A stretch of 51,831 nucleotides of DNA from Patescibacteria group bacterium (GCA_018899555.1 JAHIHZ010000011.1:1-51831), one strand, 5' to 3'; shown: positions 39,650 to 49,040, counted from the first letter of the stretch. The notes: generated by a model from the sequence alone, not told the origin. Program-made: numbers and translations.

Positions 39650-41089
39650 ATGACCGCGAATAAAGAAAAAATTAAGGAATATATCAACGACCAAATTGCC
39701 CAAGCCGATTTCCGCGGACGGGCGTATGTTTTTGACGCGCAAAACAAAAAACGCCCCAACAGGAATATTTTTATCAGAATCCAGTCGCATTTGGACCAAT
39801 TTCTTGCCGGAAACAAATCTTATCGCTGGGTAACTCTTACGGGTTTGCGCGGAGCCGGCAAAACGACGATTATGTATCAGCTGTATCATGCCAGAAAAAA
39901 TATTGACGGATATTTTTTAATTCTTTCGGTTGATGAAATCACACAAACTCTCGGAAGCAACATCAATGAAGTTGTCGGTATTTTTGAAGAAATTATCGGA
40001 AGGCCTATTACAAATTTAGACAAGCCGTTATTTTTATTTTTGGATGAGGTGCAATACGATGAAAAATGGGGCGCAACTCTTAAAACTGTTTATGACCGAA
40101 GCCATAATGTTTTTATGTTTTCAACCGGTTCGGCGGCGGCGCTTCTGAATAGCAATCCCGACATTGCTCGGCGCGCCATTTACGAAAAAATTTATCCGCT
40201 TTCGTTCACGGAATTTATTAAAATTAAAAAAGATAAATATGAAATTAAGGGGTTGTCGCAAGAATTAAGAGAAATAATTTTTGGCGGGCGAAATGCCCAA
40301 GAGGTGTTCAACGCGTTGAAAAAACAAGAACAGAAAATAAGCGGATATTATCATGGAATCAGCCGTTTGGATTTTGAAAATTATCTCTTTTACGGGTCGT
40401 TGCCGTTTATGATTGCGCTGGAAAATGAGGCGTTGGTTTATGACCAGATAAATAAATCTCTGGAACGGGTAATCAATAAAGATATTCCACAAATGCGCGG
40501 ATTATCATCGGAAATTATCGGAAGAATTTCTGCGATTTTATACGCCGTGGCGGATATGGATGTTTTGAATTTCACGACGCTGGCGGAAAAATTCGGCATA
40601 TCCCGTCCCAAGATAGCGGAAATTTTTTCAGCGCTGGAACAAGCGGAAGTTTTGCATCGCGTATATCCGCACGGGTCCCATTTCAAGCAGGTGACGCAAA
40701 AGCCGTCAAAATACCTCTTTTCATCGCCGGTGTTTCGCGCGATGTATTATAAAACCATTGGAAATATTATTACAGAACAGAACGCGCGCGGAAAACTTTT
40801 GGAAGATTTGGTTGGTATGTATCTTTATCGTTTATGCGACAAAAAGCCGTCTTTTTCTTTAACCTATGATAGCGCGAAAGGAGGAGCTGATTTTATATTG
40901 AGCGCAGGAGAAAATAAAATCGTAATTGAAGTTGGAGTGAACAAAAAAGAATATAAGCAAGTAGTGCAAACGGTGGAGAAAATAAAGGCAAATTGCGGTA
41001 TTATTATTTCAGAAGGAATTGACGCTTTAGAATATAATCAGGAAGCAAACGCATTGAAGATGCCGTTAAAATTTTTTCTTTTAATGTGA
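39650..41089 (+). CDS. AAA-type ATPase (AAA_14 + DUF4143-like architecture)
   Basis: Walker A GLRGAGKTT and Walker B LFLDEVQY. The C-terminal part resembles the DUF4143 / restriction-endonuclease-like tail of this widespread family. Confidence 0.7.
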   Translation: MTANKEKIKEYINDQIAQADFRGRAYVFDAQNKKRPNRNIFIRIQSHLDQFLAGNKSYRWVTLTGLRGAGKTTIMYQLYHARKNIDGYFLILSVDEITQTLGSNINEVVGIFEEIIGRPITNLDKPLFLFLDEVQYDEKWGATLKTVYDRSHNVFMFSTGSAAALLNSNPDIARRAIYEKIYPLSFTEFIKIKKDKYEIKGLSQELREIIFGGRNAQEVFNALKKQEQKISGYYHGISRLDFENYLFYGSLPFMIALENEALVYDQINKSLERVINKDIPQMRGLSSEIIGRISAILYAVADMDVLNFTTLAEKFGISRPKIAEIFSALEQAEVLHRVYPHGSHFKQVTQKPSKYLFSSPVFRAMYYKTIGNIITEQNARGKLLEDLVGMYLYRLCDKKPSFSLTYDSAKGGADFILSAGENKIVIEVGVNKKEYKQVVQTVEKIKANCGIIISEGIDALEYNQEANALKMPLKFFLLM

Positions 41090-41164
41090 TTTATGCTCTA
41101 CGACGAATTTAATTCATATAAAAACTTTACCGGAATAAAATTTATGAGAAAACAATCAAAAAGT

Positions 41165-41420
41165 GAAAGTTGTGAGGCAAGACCTCACAACTTTCCAAAT
41201 GAAAAAACTATTCCCTTATTTAGCTAAATAAGGGAATAGTTTTTATAAGCGATATTTTAAGATATGAGATTAATCGAGAGGAGAATTTCCAGCGGTTCAA
41301 CCGCTGGAAACTACTGAAATTATGGATAAATTTATTTCAAAAAAAGTTCGGATTTCATCTAAAAAAATTCTCGCAAAGATGAATGAAAGAATAACTTAAA
41401 AAATCAGTATTAAAAAAGGC
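41165..41420 (+). repeat. island repeat A, copy 2
   Basis: Collinear with 36211-36496, minus about 30 nt. Confidence 0.9.
41322..41399 (+). CDS. 25-codon ORF MDKFISKKVRISSKKILAKMNERIT (paralog of 36398-36475); coding status unproven
   Basis: Same length and frame as copy 1, with 5 amino-acid differences. Confidence 0.3.
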   Translation: MDKFISKKVRISSKKILAKMNERIT

Positions 41421-41488
41421 TTTTAATGAGGAGTTGTAGGTCAATATCGTTAAAACCAATGTTTTTTCTTACATTTTAACGGTATTGA

Positions 41489-41516
41489 TTGACATTATCG
41501 TTAAGTTGAGTATAAT
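41489..41516 (+). promoter_or_regulatory. consensus sigma70 promoter TTGACA-N16-TATAAT implying a leaderless fic mRNA
   Basis: TTGACA at 41489-41494 and TATAAT at 41511-41516. The ATG at 41523 is 7 nt after the -10 box. Confidence 0.5.
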
Positions 41517-41522
41517 AGAGAT

Positions 41523-42410
41523 ATGGCGAACACATTAAAAGTATACAAAAAAATACAAAGTTTACGGGAAAGATACTACAAGGCCATCGTGGGTAAAGAG
41601 TCTCTTTTGAAAATACTTGCAGAAGCAGAAGTTTCCGATCAGGTTTATAACTCAAACGCTATTGAAAACAGCACTCTTACACTTGAAGAAACTGATAAAA
41701 TTCTTCTTCAAATAGAGCTTGATAGATATATAACAGAGCGAGAAATTTTTGAAGCCAAAAATCTTGCTCGAGTTGTGTTATATATAGAAACCAAATCAAA
41801 AGAAAGTGAATTAAATTTTGATATTATTTTGTCTTTACATAAAATGCTTATTTCTAATATTCGTGATGATATAGCTGGTAGATTTAGAAAAGAAGATGAA
41901 TGGGTACGAGTTGGTGATTATGTTGCACCAAATTCATTAGAAGTTACCGATCGTTTACAAAAAGTTCTGACAGAATATAATTCAAATGGTTCAGAGTCTA
42001 TAATAAAAAGAATTGCTAAATTTCATTTAGGTTTTGAGTATATACACCCATTTTGTGACGGGAATGGTCGTATTGGACGCGTCTTGAACAATTATCTTTT
42101 AATGCGGGGCGGATATGTGTCCATAAACATTAAATTTATTGATAGAGCTTTGTATTATGATGCCTTTAGAGAATTTCAGACGAAGGGTAGTACAAAAATT
42201 ATGGAAACTATTGTTGCAAAAGCACTTACAAACAGTTATCACAGACACCTTGCGTATTTAGAAAATAAAACAGTAATGAATTTATCTGATTATGCCAAAG
42301 AGCATAGTTTTTCTCATGCAAATTTAATAAATAAAGCAAAGCGTCAAACCATTGAAGCTTTTTTGGAAAAAGGTGTGTGGAAAATTGGCGTTGATAGTGA
42401 GAAAAAATAA
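41523..42410 (+). CDS. fic: Fic-domain protein (class II, N-terminal inhibitory helix)
   Basis: Active-site motif HPFCDGNGRIGR. The N-terminal SNAIEN fits the (S/T)xxxE(G/N) autoinhibition motif. Confidence 0.88.
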   Translation: MANTLKVYKKIQSLRERYYKAIVGKESLLKILAEAEVSDQVYNSNAIENSTLTLEETDKILLQIELDRYITEREIFEAKNLARVVLYIETKSKESELNFDIILSLHKMLISNIRDDIAGRFRKEDEWVRVGDYVAPNSLEVTDRLQKVLTEYNSNGSESIIKRIAKFHLGFEYIHPFCDGNGRIGRVLNNYLLMRGGYVSINIKFIDRALYYDAFREFQTKGSTKIMETIVAKALTNSYHRHLAYLENKTVMNLSDYAKEHSFSHANLINKAKRQTIEAFLEKGVWKIGVDSEKK

Positions 42411-42493
42411 TATGAATAAATCGGAAACACGAGCAGGATATAATTTCCAGCGGTTGAACCGCTGAAAATCAACCACTGAAAATTACTGAAATT

Positions 42494-43321
42494 ATGAATA
42501 TCTTTCTTCCAAAAAAAGTTTTAGTTGCAGGATTTGGAATTTTGATATTGTTTATTGGGGTTCTGATTGGAATGCAATTTAGAAACACTGCTGGGCAATC
42601 GCCAGTATTGTCAAAGTCAAAAATTACCAACGAAAAAACAAATGAGGCAAATGTTCAAAATGTATTAGAACCTCAAAATAAATTACAAACTGAAACATAC
42701 AAAGTCACCCGTGTTGTTGACGGTGATACCATTGATATAGAAATAGGCGATAAGATAGAGCGAGTACGATATATCGGCATTGATACTCCAGAAACAGTTG
42801 ACCCAAGAAAGCCAGTGCAGTGTTTTGGCATTGAAGCTTCAAAGAAAAATAAGGAATTAGTTGAAGGAAAAATGGTGCGATTGGAAAAAGACATCACTGA
42901 CCGTGATAAATATAACCGACTTTTGAGATATGTTTTTGTTGATGATGTTTTTATAAATCTTGAATTGGTTAAACAAGGTTTTGCTTATTCGTATTCATAT
43001 CCGCCAGATATAAAACATCAAGATGAATTTCTCAAAGCTCAACAAGAGGCCGAAAAGACAAAGCAAGGGTTATGGAGCGCCTGTCCAACAGAACAAGAAC
43101 AAACTATTTCAACACCAACACCAACTCCAACTATAGAAAATAATAATGGGGAATGTTTAATTAAGGGTAATATAAGTTCCACAGGTGAAAAGATTTATCA
43201 TATGATAGGATGTGGTTCATATAGAAAAACTCAAATTGACGAGAGCCGAGGAGAAAAATGGTTCTGTACTGAAGCGGAAGCTCAATCTGCCGGTTGGCGC
43301 AAGGCGTTGAATTGCAAATGA
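42494..43321 (+). CDS. membrane-anchored secreted thermonuclease (SNase fold) with Cys-containing C-terminal extension
   Basis: N-terminal TM VLVAGFGILILFIGVLIG. SNase core VTRVVDGDTI...RYIGIDTPE...NRLLRYV...NLELVKQGFA. The C-terminal 80 aa contain 5 Cys. Confidence 0.85.
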   Translation: MNIFLPKKVLVAGFGILILFIGVLIGMQFRNTAGQSPVLSKSKITNEKTNEANVQNVLEPQNKLQTETYKVTRVVDGDTIDIEIGDKIERVRYIGIDTPETVDPRKPVQCFGIEASKKNKELVEGKMVRLEKDITDRDKYNRLLRYVFVDDVFINLELVKQGFAYSYSYPPDIKHQDEFLKAQQEAEKTKQGLWSACPTEQEQTISTPTPTPTIENNNGECLIKGNISSTGEKIYHMIGCGSYRKTQIDESRGEKWFCTEAEAQSAGWRKALNCK

Positions 43322-43924
43322 GACACGGGACAAATACCCTGTTTCTGTGTCTCATTTGTCTCTTTGTCTCATTTACTAAAACACTACTCTAACCTACATA
43401 CATAAATTTGCAACACCAAAATATGTAAAATACCTTTATGACACTTGGAGTTGTTTCCCAGCGGTTTAACCGCTGTAAATGTTTAAATAAAAGAAAAAAC
43501 CCGCATATGGTGCGAGTTGAACTTCCCCCACATTTGTGGGGTGTGTTTAGTTATAAATATAAATTAAGTAAAAAGCAAAAGTATTTTTCACCTAGCAGAA
43601 TAAAAATCCATAAGAAATTTACCCTGTTAAATTCCGCCGAAGGCGGACCTGCATAGCAGGATTTAATAGGGTTGTAGTTTAATAGCTCCCAACAGGAAGT
43701 ATTACTTGATTAAATTAGTACTTCTCGGCTGAACGCATTACTGCGCTTACACCTAAAGCCTATCAACCTGATCATCTCTCAGGAATCTTAAATGATTTCT
43801 AATCTTGGAGTTGGTTTCCCGCTTAGATGCTTTCAGCGGTTATCCATTCCCGACATAGCTACCCTGCGATGCTCTTGGCAGAACAGCAGGTACACCAGAG
43901 GTCAGTTCACTTCGGTCCTCTCGT

Positions 43925-44752
43925 CACATATTTCTTAATCTTTTTAATTGATTTAGAATTTTACCCCCTATTTCTAGGAGTGTAGACTATATCTTCATCC
44001 GTCAGCTTCTGGCTGATTAGGATGTTGGCGTATTACAAGTATAAATCTGTCCCAATATATGTCGGAACTTTTCAATGTTATACAAGTCTGTTTGTTCAAA
44101 TTAAATTGAACAAAACAAGTCGTTACGGGGTCAAATCTAATAATTTTAGCAATTCATTTCTGTCTCTTTTTTTCTTAGTGACATAATTTTCTTTTTGTAT
44201 TTTAAGAATTAAATCTACAAGCATTATAAGTTCTTTCTTTTTCAAAAGATTTATTGATTTTTGTAAAATTTTACAAGAATTATATAATGCCTTAGCTTGT
44301 ATTTTTTTGAATTTTATATAAGGAATAAGATTTTTCAAAATTTTTTCTATTTTTTTAAATCCATTTATTCTCAATTCAGTCATCCCGTCTTTTCTTTTTG
44401 AAATATAACCTATATTTAATTCCTTTCTTATCCAATACAAAGGTTCATCATGGCGAGTGTCTTGATAAAAACACATCGTCGCCATAAAACGAATTCCTCT
44501 TTTGTTGTCGCTTCTTTTCTTTATCTGGAGCATTAAACTTCCATCTCCATCAAGAAAACCCGCGATATATGCTAAATTTATTTTTGATCGACTTCCCACG
44601 GTATTGTCTTAAAAATTATCTGGTCCTCAAGTAATTTTATCATAATTAACGGACCGCGTTAATTATTTTTCCACTGCCAGATATTTTATGAAGATTTCAC
44701 CGTTATTAGCCAAATTGTCATCTCATATTACTATGAGAAGTAGCAATTATTT
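43925..44752 (-). mobile_element. group I intron in the sarcin-ricin loop (between about U2656 and A2657) with LAGLIDADG gene
   Basis: Splicing restores CUAGU|ACGAGAGGACC. P1 is UAGU(A) with UGCUA. The intron ends in G. Core element GAAGATATAGTCTAC at about 43985-44000. Confidence 0.8.
44123..44599 (-). CDS. LAGLIDADG homing endonuclease (single motif, 158 aa)
   Basis: LAYIAGFLDGDGSLML. Its size is typical of homodimeric enzymes of this family. Confidence 0.85.
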   Translation of the reverse strand: MGSRSKINLAYIAGFLDGDGSLMLQIKKRSDNKRGIRFMATMCFYQDTRHDEPLYWIRKELNIGYISKRKDGMTELRINGFKKIEKILKNLIPYIKFKKIQAKALYNSCKILQKSINLLKKKELIMLVDLILKIQKENYVTKKKRDRNELLKLLDLTP

Positions 44753-44815
44753 ACTAGAAGCAAATCTCCTCAAAAATCGACGCCTGCAACAGATAGGAGA
44801 CCAACCTGTCTCACG

Positions 44816-45341
44816 CACTTTTGTTACTTCGTAACAAACGCAGATTCACGCAGATTATACGCGGATTTACGCAGAAGTTACGAGGACAAATCATTTCTGT
44901 TTATCTCTCCGTGTTACCACAGAGTGTCGGACTATACCTTCATCCAGCTGTAGTTTTTGTAAACTACGGCTGGAGACTGACATGTAGTCTCTACGGGGTC
45001 AAGCGCTTTGCTAAATTTAAAATGTAAATATCAAAGTTTAAAATTGTCGCGTCCGCCAAAGGCGGACAATTTAATTCACCACAAATTTTTCAAAGAAAAA
45101 TTTGTTCAACAATTTTGCATTTTGCATTTTGATTTTTCAATTTAGTGTTTCGCAATGCGAAACACGCAAACTTCCCTCGGTATTATCTTTTATTGGTCAA
45201 TAAAAAAGATTTCACCGATATGAGTCAGTTTAATATCAATCACGATTACTCGTGAAAGCCGCCGTGTTTTTCTCTTTTAGCTCTTTTAAACGTTTATGGA
45301 TTCAGAATACTTTGTAATCCGAAATAAATTTCAGATTACAA
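44816..45341 (-). mobile_element. group I intron at about L2593, ORF-less, with repeat modules in peripheral loops
   Basis: 5' exon ...UCAGACCGU|, 3' exon |CGUGAGACAGG, intron ends ...AAAAGUG. The internal guide CACG-GCGG can pair with both exons. Core at 44925-45000. Confidence 0.8.
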
Positions 45342-45350
45342 ACGGTCTGA

Positions 45351-46209
45351 CATTTCTTCCATTATTACTAAATGGTACTGACTATACCTTTTCCAAATTT
45401 TCCACCTTTGGAACTGACGTGTTAGCCCCGACTTTATTATGTCGGAACTCTGCCGATTTAATCGACAAGTCGATACGGGGATTATCAATCTTATATGCCA
45501 TTGCTTTTAGAATAAACGGAGCAACAATTGAGAGAAAATAATTATAATCTTTTCTTCCAATCGCGATTTTCCATTGATTTCTATCTTTTACAATTGTTGG
45601 AGATATTTGATACTTTTTCTTTAAAAAATCAACAATTATTTTTTGATCTTCTAAAGAAAATGAATGCGTGTTCAAAGTTATGTTTCCGTGATTATTTGAA
45701 CCATCATCCATATACCAAACTGCCAACATTCTGTCAGAGAAAATTGAAAGTATTTCTATTGGAAATTTTTTCACTTCATTTTTATAAAAAATTTCATGAA
45801 TGATTCCAAAGTTTTTTAGACTTTTTGTGTGAAAATACCAAGATACTTCGTGTAAATTTCTTTTTTTATTTATGCAAGAAATTTCTTTTGGTTCACAAGA
45901 TACCAAATTTTTTAGTATTTCGTACTTCCACCAGACATACTCTTTTTGTTTCTCTCCGTGATGAACTCGAAAGCGAGCGGTATAAGAAGTTCGTATTCCT
46001 TTCGATCGGCATTCAAGCCGAGCATCACCAAGCAATGACCCTATAATCACATCAAGTTGATGTGATGGAAATGTAGATTGTAATCTTCCCACGATATTAT
46101 CCATTGCATATATTTTAACATACACAATCGGACTTCACCGTTATGAGTCAGTTTACTATTCCTTTTTTATTTTATTCTCGATGAGAATTTGCTGGGCTCA
46201 TGAATCCTT
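45351..46209 (-). mobile_element. group I intron at about L2584 with double-motif LAGLIDADG gene
   Basis: P1 is GCUGGGU (exon) with GCCCAGC (intron). The intron ends ...GAAGAAAUG. Core at 45374-45480. Confidence 0.8.
45382..46125 (-). CDS. LAGLIDADG homing endonuclease (two motifs, 247 aa)
   Basis: [12 protein letters not shown] and [11 protein letters not shown]. Confidence 0.85.
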   Translation of the reverse strand: MYVKIYAMDNIVGRLQSTFPSHQLDVIIGSLLGDARLECRSKGIRTSYTARFRVHHGEKQKEYVWWKYEILKNLVSCEPKEISCINKKRNLHEVSWYFHTKSLKNFGIIHEIFYKNEVKKFPIEILSIFSDRMLAVWYMDDGSNNHGNITLNTHSFSLEDQKIIVDFLKKKYQISPTIVKDRNQWKIAIGRKDYNYFLSIVAPFILKAMAYKIDNPRIDLSIKSAEFRHNKVGANTSVPKVENLEKV

Positions 46210-46293
46210 ACCCAGCTCACGTGACTTTTTAATTGGCGAACAGCCAAACCCTTGGGAGCTTCTACACCCCCAGGATAAGTCGAGCCGACATCG

Positions 46294-46644
46294 CAATATC
46301 ATTTTTCTCCTGTTACCAGGAGGATCGGACTATATCTTCTTCCTTCTACAACAATCAAATTGTAGTGAGGAGTTGGCGTATTAATATTTCGTTTGTGAAA
46401 TACTCTCTGCTTTCGCATCAGTCTCTACGGGGTCAATCCAGCACCTAATTTTTATTAATTAATTAATAAAAATTAGGTGCTGGACGACTTCCCACGGTAT
46501 TGTCCATAATAAAAATTATATCATGGAGTTCACCGTTATAAGCCAATATTTTAATCAAAACATATTCTCCTACAAATATGTTTTTTGATTCCAGGCTATA
46601 TGATTTCTCATATCGCACCCCGATTTAAATGTAAATTTACTTTA
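46294..46644 (-). mobile_element. group I intron at L2500, ORF-less (351 nt)
   Basis: Splicing restores GGCACCU|CGAUGUCGGCUC. P1 is GCACCU with GGGUGC. Core GAAGATATAGTCCGATCC and CCCCGTAGAGACTG at 46325-46430. Confidence 0.85.
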
Positions 46645-46687
46645 AGGTGCCGAACTCCGCCGTCGCTCTGAACGCTTAGGCGGAACC

Positions 46688-46720
<33 letters not shown>

Positions 46721-46884
46721 AATCTCCGGCCACATCTAATGTGTGCCGTCGGTTCACTATGTTCTGCTTTCGCATCTGCTTGACATGTCCGTCTTGCAGT
46801 TAAGCCAGCTTATGCCATTACACTATCGGCACGGTTTCCATTCGCGCCTAGCTGACCTTATAAACTCCTCCGTTACTTTTTAGG

Positions 46885-47289
46885 CATCATTGTTACCAAA
46901 TCGCAGATTCTCGCGGATTTTAAAACGCGGATTATGCAGATTGGGGCAAATATTTCTATGTGCCTCTCATTGTCGCCAATGAGATCGGACTATATCTTCT
47001 AAATCGTTTTTAAACAATTTAGTTCAGCGTGTAGTCTCTGGGGCTCTCTACTATTAGTAGATTGCCTGCTAGTTGTCCGCACCAAACAAATTTTTACTTT
47101 TTTTCAAGCAAGTATTGTTGGATACACCGGATTTTCTAGCATATAGCTGAATCCTATTTTATAAATTTTAATTAAATTTATAAAATACCCCCTCATTTAT
47201 TTATTTTGAAGTGGATTAAACTTCTGGAGGCGCCATAGTTTCAAGATACAGATTCTTACAGATTAAAATACTGATTTTCTGCACCCTGA
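46885..47289 (-). mobile_element. group I intron at about L2262 (just 3' of the P-loop), ORF-less
   Basis: Splicing restores GGGGCGCUAUCCU|CCUAAAAAGUAACGGAGGAG. Core at 46985-47045. The intron ends ...AAUGAUG. Confidence 0.75.
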
Positions 47290-47618
47290 AGGATAGCGCC
47301 CCACTAAAACTGTCCACCACGCAATGTCTCTCATCGTTTTTGCCGCTGAGGTTAGAATATACATCACAAAAGAATGGTATTTCACTGACGACTCCATCTG
47401 TTCCGAAAAACAAACTTCAAAGTCTCCCATCTATGCTACGCAGATGAAACATATATTCAATGCGAAGTTACAGTAAAGCTCCCGGGGTCTTTTCGTCCCG
47501 TTGCAGGTAACCGGCATCTTCACCGGTACTGTATTTTCACCGAGCTGTTCCCCGAGACAGTCCCCCAGTCGTTACGCCATTCGTGCACGTGTGAACTTAC
47601 CACACAAGGAATTACGCT

Positions 47619-48082
47619 CAACTTTGTTACTTTGTAAGAAACGCAACTTATGTTAATTACACATATTCGCGCAAATACAAGGTAAGAACATTTCTGTCTC
47701 ACTCTTTGTGTCGCCACAAAGTTCGGACTATATTTTCTAAATTATTTTTGTGTTTAATTTAGTTTGACTTTTAGTCTCTGAGGATGTTGCGAACTTTTTT
47801 TCTTTTAAAAAGTTCTCAACTTTCCTGCTGATTTTCCGCATCACCTTAAAGATTATTACTGTTTAAAAAAATTAAACGAGTACTCAAGGATACATTGCGG
47901 GTTTCCCAGCATATGGTCAAAATTTAAAGACATTTCACTTAATGTGAAATAGGCAACAACCTTTTTATTACCAAATTATTTATAATCGTCCCAGTCCTTC
48001 TACACTAGAAGTTAGAAACCAGAAACTAGAAAAATAAATTTTCCAGAAATCCAGCGTCTTAGTAATCAGCCTCCAGTGCAAA
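47619..48082 (-). mobile_element. group I intron at L1931, ORF-less
   Basis: Splicing restores CCUAAGGU|AGCGUAAUUCC. Core at 47720-47785. The intron ends ...AAAGUUG. Confidence 0.8.
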
Positions 48083-48096
48083 ACCTTAGGACGATT

Positions 48097-48844
48097 CATA
48101 AACGTTATCACTGCTCTCAAGCAGCTCCTCATGGTCGCCCATGAGATCGGACTATCTCTTCCAAATCCGATTTCTCGGATTAGGTCTAGCGTATAGTCTC
48201 TGAGGATTTTCTGATAAAGAGTTTCTATAATCTTCTATATTATATTTTCTCTTTCTTCCTCTCCCTTCATTCAATTTTTCTCTTAATTTTACTATTTTAG
48301 ACATCCCTTCGTTGTTTAAATGTTCTTTTTTATAAACTATTTCTGTAATTTGTGAAAAAATTGAGAAATTTTTTTTTTACTTGAAGAAAGAAAAGAATAT
48401 TTTTTGAAGAAAGGTATTATCCTCTCTTGAATTGCGTTTGGGTTTGAAATTACATAGTACCAAACTCCATCTTTTCGTTCTTGCAATCTGCCACATTTTA
48501 AATATTGTTTCATTAAAGCAAGAATCGTTTTGTCGCGTTGAGCGACATTTAAAGTCAACACTATTTGCCAACCGAGAGAATGATCTTCGCGTTTTCTTAA
48601 AGAAACATTGAAGCTTCCCTCTCCGTCAACAAACCCTGAAATATAGTTTCCTATATTTTGGGGTATTAATTTAAGCCACGAATAATCTTTATTCATAAGT
48701 TTTATTCGTTACTTTGTCAGAATCTTTCCTGCGGATTGTCTGCACCGTTGCATTGTTACTATCCTTTCGACAAGAATGAGTAGCAAACGGATACACCAGA
48801 GTTTCCCGCATATAGCTAGATTTTTTAACTACAATCGTCACCTT
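48097..48844 (-). mobile_element. group I intron at L1917 (inside helix 69 loop) with disrupted LAGLIDADG gene
   Basis: P1 is AACUAU (exon) with GUAGUU (intron). Splicing restores GGCGAUAACUAU|AAUCGUCC, a helix 69 of the same length as in E. coli with compensatory stem changes. Core at 48145-48215. Confidence 0.85.
48152..48696 (-). pseudogene. LAGLIDADG homing endonuclease gene interrupted by a frameshift in an A10 run
   Basis: The 119-aa ORF (48337-48696) contains YISGFVDGEGSFNV. After the T10 run at 48369-48378 the homologous C-terminus (..KKEHLNNEGMSKIVKLREKLNEGRGRKRKY..) continues in another frame. Compare the 16S enzyme ..KKEHLTDRGFNKIVRLRDEIRKRGKK... Confidence 0.7.
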
Positions 48845-48889
48845 ATAGTTATCGCCGACATTCACCAGGGCTTACACAATCCAGCCATT

Positions 48890-49040
48890 TGCATCACGCT
48901 ATGCGCGATGCTCAAAATTAAATATAAAATATCAAAGATAAAAAATATTGAAGTCAAAATTTTCTTTGAAAATTTTGACACCTAAATTTTACATTTTGAT
49001 TTTTGAATTTTGAATTTCATCACACGCAGTGTGATGCAAA
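48890..49040 (-). other. 23S domain IV helix expansion (three-way junction with AT-rich arm)
   Basis: TCATTTGCATCAC...GTGATGCAAATGG encloses two GC hairpins and an AT-rich module. E. coli has a short hairpin at this position. Confidence 0.6.
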
